From the NCBI GenBank assembly GCA_020184695.1, contig JAANOX010000269.1, positions 248,001-312,000 of the forward strand: DNA of 64,000 bases, written 5' to 3'. Shown here piece by piece: positions 12,263 through 22,300 of this stretch. This stretch comes from Histomonas meleagridis 2922-C6/04-290x (Eukaryota > Protista > Parabasalia). A program made the position numbers and the translations under genes. How positions within the stretch are numbered: position 1 is the stretch's first letter; each line of letters opens with the position of its first letter. The notes below the pieces were generated by a model. That model was not told where the DNA came from. It searched no databases and was given only the letters and a program-made list of their open reading frames with translations.

Positions 12263-12697
12263 ATGTCTGGAGAAAAAAAGGTTGTTGTCTTATCAATTGA
12301 TTTCATACTGGCAATTGCTGCATGCATTGCCCTGATTCTCGTAGCAGCTACTTATATTACCTACTTAAATAAACACTGGTGGGGAGGTTCAATTAAAGTA
12401 GGATGCAGTCCAAAAGATGCTTGGGGCTGTAACAGCGCTTTCTACGCAAGTTGCACCTCCGTTATTATGACAATCACTGCTCTTTGCTTCGCTATCTTTG
12501 AAATCGGAATTATTTTCAAAGGTGCATGGTTCACATCCATCAAAAATAGGCTTGTAAGAGCTGTTTTCTATCTCCTTCAAGGAATGATGACACTCGGAAT
12601 GATGAACGATCTTGGAATTGCCGCAGGTTCCATCGAAATGATTGTTGCTGGAGTCATGATCATCATCGAAGTCTTTTTCATTTGCAAAAACCGCTAA
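12263..12697 (+). CDS. Small multi-TM protein, TVP15/COPI-associated-like (paralog B)
   Basis: ATG 12263 (MSGEKKVVVLSIDF); RAVFYLLQGMMTLGMMNDLGIAAGSIEMI aligns with paralog A. Confidence 0.6.
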   Translation: MSGEKKVVVLSIDFILAIAACIALILVAATYITYLNKHWWGGSIKVGCSPKDAWGCNSAFYASCTSVIMTITALCFAIFEIGIIFKGAWFTSIKNRLVRAVFYLLQGMMTLGMMNDLGIAAGSIEMIVAGVMIIIEVFFICKNR

Positions 12698-12958
12698 ATA
12701 ATCAGTATTTAAAGCCAAAAATATTTTTTTTCATATGTTGACACATTTCCCCCTATCGTCTGTCAGAACGATCATGTTTTTTGTGTCCGTTTTGACGATC
12801 ATTTTTATCGTCTGTTTCACGTTACTTATGAATTTTTGAGTTCCACGAGATTGTTAGAGGTAGATAATTCTATGAAATATCAATCTCGAAGTTCTCAATA
12901 TTTTCAATAGAGAAATAACCTCATGTAAAGCAATGAAAATGTCAATTTCGTGTGACAG

Positions 12959-14410
12959 TCATCTCAAATTTTTGCCAAAGCAGCAGCACTTTTGCGGTGT
13001 GAAGTCACCCTTCACCAAACCTTCAAGAAAACACTTTTGGCATTTCGGATTGCCTTTCAAGTATCTTTCTATCAAATCCTTCTCCTTGTATGCAATATCT
13101 AATTTTCTTAATCTTATTAAATCATTTTCGTCAATGAATATTCCACAATATACTTCTTCTTCCCTATTTCCTACATGCGAACATTCTTCACAATACTTTG
13201 TTAAGCTCATTGGCGTTGTCATATAAATCACATATCTAATCTTTTCACTTTCTACAATTATTTTTGCACCCCATTCCTCTGTTACAACTACAGCTGCCAA
13301 CTTACCCATTGTCCATCTTTTTCTTACTTCTTTTACCAATTTGTCATTCATATTCGAATGTAAAAATGCCGCAAATAATCCTTTGTCGCATAATTTTTTC
13401 GACATAATTTCTGTCTCATTTGCATTTGCACAAATGATAACACCACAACTTGAATTAACTATATCAAATATTTGTTCAAAAGAATTTTGTTTTTTTCTAA
13501 CTTCAAATCGAATGTTTCTAAGGTTCAGTGGTTGTTTAAGTGTATTCGGCATTGTAATGTTACATGAGTAATTTGCAAAGATAACTATTTGAAGATTTGG
13601 AAATGATTTTTTTGCTTCCGATACAACATTTACCTTTTGCGGATTTGATATCTGTAATATTACCCTTCGAATTTTTTGGGTATTTGATAATTCATCAAAT
13701 TTGTCAATATAAATAACTGACAAATTCTCATTTTCTTGTTCAATTGTTGTGTACACTGCAGTCGAATTCTTTTGCACATATGAAATCACTTTGTAGCATA
13801 TTGTTGATGATGTAATATCCCAAAAAAGTACATTAATTTCATTTTCGGATTCATTTAATATCTTTTGGATAACTTCAAGTTGAAATTCGTCGATTTTTTG
13901 TTGGAAATATTCCAAACTTTGCTCTTGAAGATATTTGGATTCATAAAAAATCGGTTCTGTGATTGTTATTTTGTTTTGTGTTTCATTTGGTAAAAGCGTT
14001 TGTTCAAGTCTTAGTATATTTTCCCAAATGATTTTTCGTTCTTTCTGGAGTTCAGTGATATTAAGTTTTTGGGAAAGATTCTTTGATATTTGCTGTGATA
14101 TTTCTGTAGATTTATTATATAATGTTTGAAGTTCTGTTAAAGGTGTATCTTCTTGAAAATCTGATAAATATTCTATTGTAAATGGATCATCATCATCTTC
14201 GTCGATATAATGTATAGAGGGTTCTTCTTCTTGATTAATATGAAGAAAATTTGGTGATTCCATCTGAAATGTTTCTTCTAATTTGTCGATATTAATATTA
14301 GTATAAATTGGTTCATCAAGGTAACTCCAGACAAAACAAGAGAGCTCAAGCTGTTGTTGCTGCTTCTTGATGATTTTATTTAATTTTTCAAAGTTTGTGC
14401 GCATTTCCAT
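12959..14410 (-). CDS. Degenerate RecQ-family helicase-like protein (HELICc plus Zn/RQC start)
   Basis: LRNIRFEVRKK, CGVIICAN, AAFLHSNM, IRYVIYMTTPMSLTKYCEECSHVGNREE and C..C motifs follow RecQ order. Walker A/DEAH and RAGR are not recognisable. Confidence 0.65.
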   Translation of the reverse strand: MEMRTNFEKLNKIIKKQQQQLELSCFVWSYLDEPIYTNINIDKLEETFQMESPNFLHINQEEEPSIHYIDEDDDDPFTIEYLSDFQEDTPLTELQTLYNKSTEISQQISKNLSQKLNITELQKERKIIWENILRLEQTLLPNETQNKITITEPIFYESKYLQEQSLEYFQQKIDEFQLEVIQKILNESENEINVLFWDITSSTICYKVISYVQKNSTAVYTTIEQENENLSVIYIDKFDELSNTQKIRRVILQISNPQKVNVVSEAKKSFPNLQIVIFANYSCNITMPNTLKQPLNLRNIRFEVRKKQNSFEQIFDIVNSSCGVIICANANETEIMSKKLCDKGLFAAFLHSNMNDKLVKEVRKRWTMGKLAAVVVTEEWGAKIIVESEKIRYVIYMTTPMSLTKYCEECSHVGNREEEVYCGIFIDENDLIRLRKLDIAYKEKDLIERYLKGNPKCQKCFLEGLVKGDFTPQKCCCFGKNLR

Positions 14411-14781
14411 TTAACTTTTGATGCGCTTGATGTAAACCGTGATAATTGAACTGAATTTTCTGTATAACCGTCGAAGATCAAGTTGTGTTTTTGTTGCAAT
14501 TGCATCACAGCATACACCCTCACAAGAAAGAGAGGGCTGCAGTCAAACAAATTCATAAAAAATGATAAAAATACATACACATTCAAATTTTGTTTATTCA
14601 AGGGTTTACAACAGAAAATGCATTTTCTTGGGACTGTAAAGGTGTGTGTGTTGTTGTACAATTGTGGGCTACTAAATAACAATTATTGAATTTTAATAAT
14701 TTGGTTTAAGTTTTTATGAAAACATAAATTTTTGCAAATTTTTAATTTTTATGAAACAAATGTATAACTCCGGTGGTGGAG

Positions 14782-16701
14782 TTATTTCACAGTTTGCTCA
14801 AATATCAAAAACTTATTGTCATCTGTGAGTTTCCCATTGAAGAGAATAGTTCCTGAAACAATAAACGGATTCTCTCCACCGATCATTTTCTTCACAAATT
14901 CTACGGTTTCTTCGTTATTCAATTCAAATTTTTTCTCGAGGAACGATATAGAAATGCTATCATAAAATATATCGGCTGTTTGTAGGAAACAGCTCATGGA
15001 CACCTTCTTCAAGTCGGTTTCAAGTCTTTCACTATTGATATCCTTCTTTATGGCTTCATATGCAGCATGCCAATCACCAATCTTTGCTTTTTGAACCATC
15101 ATAATTACACGCTGAAGTGTATTCTCTGGCTGAGGTGTTGGTAATCCTTTTTGGAAATTAATATGAAGAGAATTACCAACATGTGATTCAGATTTACCAA
15201 CAGTTAAGTACGGCAAATCTAAAAATGCTGCAGATATAATAGAAAGCAAGTACATGTAATCTGGGTCTATAAACATCCATGGCGGAACAATAAATGGTGC
15301 TTGACCTATATTCCGAGGGATTGAACCTAAACCAAAAATTCTCAAGTAATCGTATGATATAGAATATAGCCCAGCTTGAAATGCAGAAATACCAATTTGT
15401 GCTCGAGCACGATTTGATATAACCTGAGTAAGTGGTTTAGAATCCGGAACTGAAGGCACCCTAATAAATAGCTGACTAGCTTCTTGAGGGTATCCTCTTA
15501 AAGAAAGGTTTATGCATAAGTAAAGAGCTGACCGTGTTTTTATATCTAAGGCAACATCATCTGGAAAAGTGCCAGAAACCGATACAATTTCCATGATAGA
15601 GGACGTTAAATCGTAAACGTCCTCTTCTGGTTTGTTATGAATGTGTTCAACAACCATAAGCATTAGCTTAGCTGCGTTTGATTTTTCTCCTTCTCCTAGT
15701 AAGGGTTCTATGAAATCTTTAAGAATTTGTACAAATTTTGGAATTATCATTTGAAGCTTAGAAACATCACGAGTAAATAAATGACGTGGATCAATTGACC
15801 TTGCCCAGTAATCTTGGTTGAGTCTTTCTAAAAACTTCATTAACAATTTGCCATCTGATTTCAAATTTGGAAGATGCTTTAAAGCAAGCTCCCAATCGCC
15901 AACTGGAATTGGTAATGATTCAGACATTGACATAATTGTTTGGCATAATTCAAGGGCAACATCATGAGCAAGTTTTGAATCATTATCTTGAATATAATTG
16001 TAAATATTATCAAGCCGTTCTGGTGTTGCTTGCACATTACCTGTTTCTCGCTTTTTTACGATGCTTGGAAGCAATCTACGAACTTTATCTATATTTGCAA
16101 TTTTTCGTGCTTCAGCTTCAGTTCGTGCTTGAACAAATTCTGAAAAGTATCCTTGAGTAGGGTTTTCTAAGTCTTGTTCTTTTTTAAATTTTTTCTTGAT
16201 ATCTTCGATTTCTTCATCATCTGAATCTACAAACCAATGTGATGATATACTTGTGGTTTGTGCTTTGTTATCATAGAGTTCGTCTTTTTGGAATTTTTCT
16301 GGGTGTTTATGAAATTCTTGTAAAGCATCATTAAATGGTTCGCAAAATTTTTTAAAATCTTCATAAAAATCATGTAACTCTTTTTTATCTTTATCAATAG
16401 CCTCGAGTTTAGAAGAAATTTTTGCTATCAAACAAATAAAATTATTTGGATAAAGATTATCTTGAAGATTAGGAATTTCTTTTGCAAACTTTTTTTGAAA
16501 ATTTTGAAAATTATTTATAGCATTTGTGTAATTTCCTGATTCAGAATCATTTAAAATCTTATTTAACAAGTCATTGAATTGATTCCATAAAATTTTTTTT
16601 TGTTCTGGAATTTGATTTTTTACAGAATCATTGCTTTGATTTATTTCTTCCTCTTCAGATTCATCATCACTACCACTGCTCTCAACAAAAAAACGAGACA
16701 T
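14782..16701 (-). CDS. EIF3C: Translation initiation factor eIF3 subunit c (NIP1)-like
   Basis: Diagnostic MSRFFVESSGSDDESEEEE start at ATG 16701, QVISNRARAQIGISAF motif, PCI-like C-terminus. Confidence 0.8.
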   Translation of the reverse strand: MSRFFVESSGSDDESEEEEINQSNDSVKNQIPEQKKILWNQFNDLLNKILNDSESGNYTNAINNFQNFQKKFAKEIPNLQDNLYPNNFICLIAKISSKLEAIDKDKKELHDFYEDFKKFCEPFNDALQEFHKHPEKFQKDELYDNKAQTTSISSHWFVDSDDEEIEDIKKKFKKEQDLENPTQGYFSEFVQARTEAEARKIANIDKVRRLLPSIVKKRETGNVQATPERLDNIYNYIQDNDSKLAHDVALELCQTIMSMSESLPIPVGDWELALKHLPNLKSDGKLLMKFLERLNQDYWARSIDPRHLFTRDVSKLQMIIPKFVQILKDFIEPLLGEGEKSNAAKLMLMVVEHIHNKPEEDVYDLTSSIMEIVSVSGTFPDDVALDIKTRSALYLCINLSLRGYPQEASQLFIRVPSVPDSKPLTQVISNRARAQIGISAFQAGLYSISYDYLRIFGLGSIPRNIGQAPFIVPPWMFIDPDYMYLLSIISAAFLDLPYLTVGKSESHVGNSLHINFQKGLPTPQPENTLQRVIMMVQKAKIGDWHAAYEAIKKDINSERLETDLKKVSMSCFLQTADIFYDSISISFLEKKFELNNEETVEFVKKMIGGENPFIVSGTILFNGKLTDDNKFLIFEQTVK

Positions 16702-16864
16702 TAAACACGAACACAGAGGTTGCACGTTAATTTCCCAGCTAACGTTCAAATGGATTTTGTTCCATTTGCCAAAGCACAAATTGGAACAATTTTACAAATG
16801 AAATATCAAAACATAAAAAAAAATATCAAAGTCAAAAATTATGATTATTTATCAAAACGGCGTT

Positions 16865-18193
16865 TTAACGATTAACTGATTCGTTGGCCTCGTTCACTAT
16901 ATCCTCGAAGTTTTGTGGGAGTTCCTCTATTTTTGTATGATAGAAATCCTCAATATCTCTAAGTAATTTAACTTCAGTAGAATCGATGATATTGAATGCA
17001 ACACCCTTTCTTCCATATCTACCACTTCTACCAATTCTGTGAAGATATTGTTCAGCAGAGTATGGAAGTTCAAAGTTAATTACAAGTGTAACTTGTTGAA
17101 CATCAATACCACGTGCAAGTAAATCAGTAGATATAAGTACACGTGTATTTCCTGTTCTGAATTGTTGCATGATCTTCGCACGTTCTGCTTGAAGAAGCCC
17201 ACTATGGATTGCGGAAACATCAAATTTCTCCTTCTCGAACTCGTGCTGAAGGTAGTCGACCGTTTGTTTCCTGTTGGCAAAGATAATGGCTTTTTGAATG
17301 GATAACCTGCCGTAAATGTCCAAAAGTGTCGGGAACTTGTATTTTGGGTCGTTTACGTTGACAAAATATTGACTAATACCTTCAAGTGTAAGTTGTTCTG
17401 ATCTGACAAGAATCTTGATTGGATCCCTCATGAATTGCTTCATAAGTTCAAAGATTTCTCCGGGAATTGTGGCGGAGAAAAGAAGAATTTGAATAGTAGG
17501 ATCGAAATATGAAAATATCTCTTGAATCTGTTCAATAAATCCACCAGAAAGCATTTCATCGGCTTCATCAACACACACGATTTTGATTTTTTCACATCGA
17601 AGATATCCATCTTGGATGAGATTAAGTGCACGACCTGGTGTAGCAACAACAACATGTGGGAATTTACTGGCACGTTCACAATCCTCTTGAACTGATGAAC
17701 CTCCAATAAATTGGTCAACGGTTAAGTTTGGTATTCTACTACCAATGCTTGTCATTACCATAAATGTCTGTGTAGCAAGTTCACGTGTAGGAGACAAGAT
17801 GAGAGCTTGAGTTGTTTTCTTGGAAGTATCAATCTCTTGTAGAATTCCAATTGAAAAGGCACCAGTTTTACCTGTACCGGATTGTGCTTGAGCAATGACG
17901 TGACGGCCCATTATAATAGGTTGAATTGCTAATGACTGAATAGGTGATGGATTTTTAAAACCATAGCTGAAAATACCGTGTAGTAAATCTTCATTTAATT
18001 CCATCTGATCAAAGTCATCGATTTCTTGGGTCCAATTTGTTTCGAAATCTTTTGGTACAAAATCGGAACGTTGGATTTGACGGCCGGTACGGCCACGGCG
18101 GCCACGATATTGTCCTCGTTTGTCGTTATTGCGTGGAGTTCTATCTGAAGAGTAATCATCCCCTCGGCTATGCATAAAAAAGTGAATGGCCAC
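16865..18193 (-). CDS. eIF4A-family DEAD-box RNA helicase with RG-rich N-terminus
   Basis: Q motif (GFKNPSPIQ), AQSGTGKT, PTRELA, TPGR, DEAD, SAT, RGID, HRIGRSGR. Confidence 0.93.
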   Translation of the reverse strand: MAIHFFMHSRGDDYSSDRTPRNNDKRGQYRGRRGRTGRQIQRSDFVPKDFETNWTQEIDDFDQMELNEDLLHGIFSYGFKNPSPIQSLAIQPIIMGRHVIAQAQSGTGKTGAFSIGILQEIDTSKKTTQALILSPTRELATQTFMVMTSIGSRIPNLTVDQFIGGSSVQEDCERASKFPHVVVATPGRALNLIQDGYLRCEKIKIVCVDEADEMLSGGFIEQIQEIFSYFDPTIQILLFSATIPGEIFELMKQFMRDPIKILVRSEQLTLEGISQYFVNVNDPKYKFPTLLDIYGRLSIQKAIIFANRKQTVDYLQHEFEKEKFDVSAIHSGLLQAERAKIMQQFRTGNTRVLISTDLLARGIDVQQVTLVINFELPYSAEQYLHRIGRSGRYGRKGVAFNIIDSTEVKLLRDIEDFYHTKIEELPQNFEDIVNEANESVNR

Positions 18194-18483
18194 AACATAG
18201 ATTTTTCAAACAAACCGTCGGCCAACCTGAATTTTTCCAAAGAAAATTGTTGATCGATCTGTGAAATAATTATAAATTACGAGATTAAAAAGAAATATCA
18301 TTCATGCTTTCACTTGTGTGTGTTATTTTTTATGAAAGAAAGAGAGTGTGATAAATAAAAATGGTTTCCAGTCATGAAAGTGCGAAAAAAAAAAAAGTTA
18401 AACGTTTTTTGTGAAATACTAAACTGCTGAAAAGATTGTGAAATTTTGTGAATTGAGTGGTTTATTCAAGTGAAAATATTTTT

Positions 18484-19116
18484 TTAACAACATTTCTTCT
18501 GCTGAGAAGTTGTTGTGTTAATGTTTACAGGATTTCCGCCACCACCTTGTGTTGATTCATTACCTCCATCGTTTGGTTGGTTTTGTTTGATTTGTAAATA
18601 TTTTTCGGCAAGTTTTTCGAAAAGTGTATTAATTCCATCGCCAGTAACAGCACTTGTTTCAAAATATTCCAAGTCGCTTGATAACTCTTCTGCTTTCTCA
18701 CATCCGTCTTCAGTAGATATTTCACGTTCGGTAAGATCATTCATGTTTCCGCATAAACATATAACAGCATTTCTATTTGCTGACGAAATTTCTTCGTACC
18801 AACTTGATACAGAGTTAAATGAACTACGACTAATTTGACTTGTTGGTGTTGGGTTTCCAACAGCAAAAACAATAATTACAATAGAAGCATCACGATAATA
18901 CATAGGTGTTAGAGTCCTGTATTCCTCTTGTCCAGCAGTATCCCAAATTGCTAAATTGATTTTTTGTCCATGAACATTTAAAGACTTTGATAATATGTCA
19001 ACACCAACTGTTGCTGATGTTGATGAATAAGCGCCATTGACAAAGCGTAGTAATATAGCTGTTTTGCCAACGCCAGAATCACCAACAAGGACAACCTTAG
19101 TTGCAACCTCAGACAT
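18484..19116 (-). CDS. Rab-family small GTPase
   Basis: GDSGVGKT, WDTAGQE, ETSA, C-terminal CC; G4 reads NMND. Confidence 0.92.
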   Translation of the reverse strand: MSEVATKVVLVGDSGVGKTAILLRFVNGAYSSTSATVGVDILSKSLNVHGQKINLAIWDTAGQEEYRTLTPMYYRDASIVIIVFAVGNPTPTSQISRSSFNSVSSWYEEISSANRNAVICLCGNMNDLTEREISTEDGCEKAEELSSDLEYFETSAVTGDGINTLFEKLAEKYLQIKQNQPNDGGNESTQGGGGNPVNINTTTSQQKKCC

Positions 19117-19189
19117 TTCTTGACAAAAGGCGTCAATTCAAAAAGTTGATGTCACTTTTAACAATACGAAGAATTAACGGTCATGAGTT

Positions 19190-20047
19190 ATGAACGTTAG
19201 AACAGGAATCGACTCATCAAAATTAATCTTGTTAATTAGAGGTGCAAAAAAGACAGGAAAAACAAGCTTACTGAGATGTATGCGTGGTAAGCAATTTAAT
19301 AATAATTATGAACCAACATTAACTAGTATTCAAAAAAAAATCCACTGGCGCCTTGTTACAAATCCATATAGATATATTACTATAACTATTATTGAAATTG
19401 TTTCTAATTTGAGTTCTCTTAAATCAGGATCACCAAATGGAATTATTATTTTATATGATCCACGTGATCAAGCAAGTGTATCATATGGAGTAGAAGCAAT
19501 TATGCAAACACCACCTTCAATACCCATTGCAGTTCTAACAAATTTTCAAGATATAATTACTGCTGATTTACATCCTTCTTTCTTCCCTTTTAAAAATCGA
19601 TGCCATTTTATTTGTACATCAATGGCAACAAATCTTGGAATGATAGAGCTTGCTAAATGGATAGAACTTCCATTGTCATTAAAAATTTATCGGTTATATA
19701 AATCATTAATAAGTTATACAAACCAAGAAATCACACAAATAGAGAAAAAATTGCATAATACAATAAATAGAAAAGAAAGTAGCGATGATAAATTTTGGAA
19801 TAATGATAATACAAATATAACAAATAAAAAAATTGAATTAATCCAAGAAGTTAAGCCGTTGGTACAAAAAACTACAGAGGAACAAAAGAAAAAGAAAATT
19901 TCAAAAAATGAACAAAATCCAAAAAAGAGAAACAGTTCTCACGGAAAGCAATTAAATTTAGAAATTGTTCCTAAGCTTCAAAATATCCCATTGTGTTCGC
20001 TTGAAAATGGGTTTTATTCTGTTCCAGAACCAAAAAGAAATAAGTAA
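19190..20047 (+). CDS. Atypical Rab-like GTPase resembling RABL6/PARF
   Basis: IRGAKKTGKTSLLRCMRG P-loop, YEPT...IHW, VLTNFQD, long basic tail, no prenylation motif. Confidence 0.6.
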   Translation: MNVRTGIDSSKLILLIRGAKKTGKTSLLRCMRGKQFNNNYEPTLTSIQKKIHWRLVTNPYRYITITIIEIVSNLSSLKSGSPNGIIILYDPRDQASVSYGVEAIMQTPPSIPIAVLTNFQDIITADLHPSFFPFKNRCHFICTSMATNLGMIELAKWIELPLSLKIYRLYKSLISYTNQEITQIEKKLHNTINRKESSDDKFWNNDNTNITNKKIELIQEVKPLVQKTTEEQKKKKISKNEQNPKKRNSSHGKQLNLEIVPKLQNIPLCSLENGFYSVPEPKRNK

Positions 20048-20424
20048 CGATATGGAATTCAGAACTTTACTTGTTGATAAAGCTTAAAATTAATAAACAT
20101 TTGTTTGAATTAGAAAAATCGAATATTTACGAATTATTTTTGATCAAGTCAATATAAGTGAATTGATTGGAGTAAGAGTTTTTTTTCGGAATTTTATTTT
20201 TGATCAATCTAAGATTCAAAATATTTTTTCTTTTTTCACTTTTTCTTTATTAATAAAAGCTAGATATTCTTAAATTGATTGATTTTTCTCTTTAATATTT
20301 ATCATATGGAAAAATTATTATGATGTAATTGATGAAATTTTTGTTCGTTATTAATAACCGTTTATGGTCTTCAAGGACAAATTTATTTTTTTGATATCCT
20401 TTTTTTAATTTAACAAGGTTCTAT

Positions 20425-21360
20425 ATGGAAAAAAGATTCTTAATCGATCAAGTGTATCGATTTAAAGAGAATTATTATGATTTTGATCTGAGTATAGATA
20501 ATTCCATCATTAATTTTTTAAATTTTCAAAATTCAAATCAAGAAAATCCACATGAAACATATCCTAAAAACGAAAATATTGAAGATAAAAAGATCAATAT
20601 TATAATTGATAAGACAGAAATCAAAGTAAATAAGGAAAGTCAAAATCTAAAGGAAAGTCAAAATATAAAAGAAATTCAAAATGACGAAAAACTTCAAAAT
20701 ATTATAATTACTAAAGAAAATATACATTTACCATTATCAAAAGGGACAGTAGCATATTTTAAAATTACACATTATGATAAAATTAATAATAGTAATTTTA
20801 TAATTACTAATTTTTATGAAGAAGAAGATTTAAATAATGATAATTTAAAAATTCAAGTCGAAAGAACAAGTAAATTAGGATCCATTCAATATAAACTTTA
20901 TTATGAAAATGAAGAAAAATATTTTTGTTTTATTCAAAGTAATTTTTCACGTGATTCATTTTTTAGTATTCTTAAAATAAATCAGCAATTTAAAGAAATA
21001 TCGGCCATTAAAATTAAAACTCGCTTTCAAGAAATCAATAAAATTCGACAATTTAAAAGTTATATTCCAAAAGAAACTATTTTTAATAAAGGAGAAACAT
21101 CAATTTTACTTAAGCACAAAGAAAAACGACATAAAATGATACCAAAACCACCCAAAATGAAATCAGGTATTCCAACATTATATTTTGGCGGACGAGTTAA
21201 AATGGAATCAATTAAAAATTTTATTTTAGTTTCACCAAATAATTTTACCAATAAATTTTTAGTATTTGGGAAAGTTACACATACTAGTTATGTCGGTGAA
21301 GTATGTCATCCACTATCACCAATTCAAGCTATTACACTTGCGCTTCCACATTTTAAATAA
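20425..21360 (+). CDS. Tubby C-terminal domain protein
   Basis: PKPP...LYFGGRVKMESIKNF, FGKV, HPLSPIQAITLAL. Confidence 0.85.
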   Translation: MEKRFLIDQVYRFKENYYDFDLSIDNSIINFLNFQNSNQENPHETYPKNENIEDKKINIIIDKTEIKVNKESQNLKESQNIKEIQNDEKLQNIIITKENIHLPLSKGTVAYFKITHYDKINNSNFIITNFYEEEDLNNDNLKIQVERTSKLGSIQYKLYYENEEKYFCFIQSNFSRDSFFSILKINQQFKEISAIKIKTRFQEINKIRQFKSYIPKETIFNKGETSILLKHKEKRHKMIPKPPKMKSGIPTLYFGGRVKMESIKNFILVSPNNFTNKFLVFGKVTHTSYVGEVCHPLSPIQAITLALPHFK

Positions 21361-21462
21361 ATCAAATGATCAAAACAAAATAAAATTCAGTAAGTCTGTT
21401 TGCATTCGTCGCAGGCGAACCGAAATCAAACTTTTTGAGAGAAAATGACATTTGTTTTCACA

Positions 21463-21567
21463 ATGGATGCCGCAAATGTTTTAGCCATTATAGTTGGAGT
21501 TGGAATTATTGTTGTAGGTGCACTGGCAGGTGTTGGTTTTTACCTTCGTAGGAATGAACAAAAATAA
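21463..21567 (+). CDS. Single-pass membrane microprotein (34 aa; 40 aa from ATG 21445)
   Basis: MDAANVLAIIVGVGIIVVGALAGVGFYLRRNEQK*: clean TM plus basic stop-transfer, GC above flanks. Below the ORF-track cutoff. Confidence 0.6.
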   Translation: MDAANVLAIIVGVGIIVVGALAGVGFYLRRNEQK

Positions 21568-21685
21568 TCAAAATTCCTTATTAAAACTCATATATATTTA
21601 TTAATTTTTTTTTCCTTTTTAAGATTAAGATGTTGAACTAAACAAAACCAATAGAAATATGTTGTAAAATTATAAAATGAGTTTA

Positions 21686-22300
21686 TTAGTCTTTAGGAAC
21701 CCAACGTGAAGAGCAAAGTGGACAATTTGACATTGTCTTGATCCATTTGTCCAAGCAGTGAATATGGAAGATATGTCCACACTTTCCTTCTTGTGTTGGA
21801 CAAGGATCAGTAAGACCAAGTGCAGTATCATCTGCACATGGACCATGTAAAGGCATACGGCAAAATGAGCAATCGACTGTTTCGTTTTTGAAGCTTGAGA
21901 TATAAACAGGATTGAATTTTCTAAGGACTAATCTTGGTTGATCAGTTCCAGCGGCTCCTGGACGACCAGCTGGTCTTGCGCCTGGGCGAGCGCCTGCTCT
22001 TCCTGCACGTGAACGTGTTGGATGAGGAGCAGAGGTTTCAGGTGCTGATGTTGGTGCTGATTCTTCAGATGGTTTTTCGGTTGGAGTTTCTTTTGTGGTG
22101 GTTTCTTGAGCTTCTTGCTTCTTTTCTTCAGCTTCGTGTGGTGGAGCAGCTGCTGGACGAGCAGCTCCACGAGCTCTTGGTGTTGCAATTCTTCCACGGA
22201 CTCCTCCACCACGTGTTGCTTGCCCGCGTCCACGAGCTGATGCACCACGTCCGCGTGTTGTTGCTGGGGCTGGAGCTTCAGGTTCTGGTTTGTCAGACAT
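21686..22300 (-). CDS. RING-H2 protein of Rbx1/Apc11 type with long Arg/Gly/Pro/Ala-rich N-terminus
   Basis: CSFCRMPLHGPC...CP..GKCGHIFHIHCLDKWIKTMSNCPLCSSRW. Confidence 0.85.
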   Translation of the reverse strand: MSDKPEPEAPAPATTRGRGASARGRGQATRGGGVRGRIATPRARGAARPAAAPPHEAEEKKQEAQETTTKETPTEKPSEESAPTSAPETSAPHPTRSRAGRAGARPGARPAGRPGAAGTDQPRLVLRKFNPVYISSFKNETVDCSFCRMPLHGPCADDTALGLTDPCPTQEGKCGHIFHIHCLDKWIKTMSNCPLCSSRWVPKD

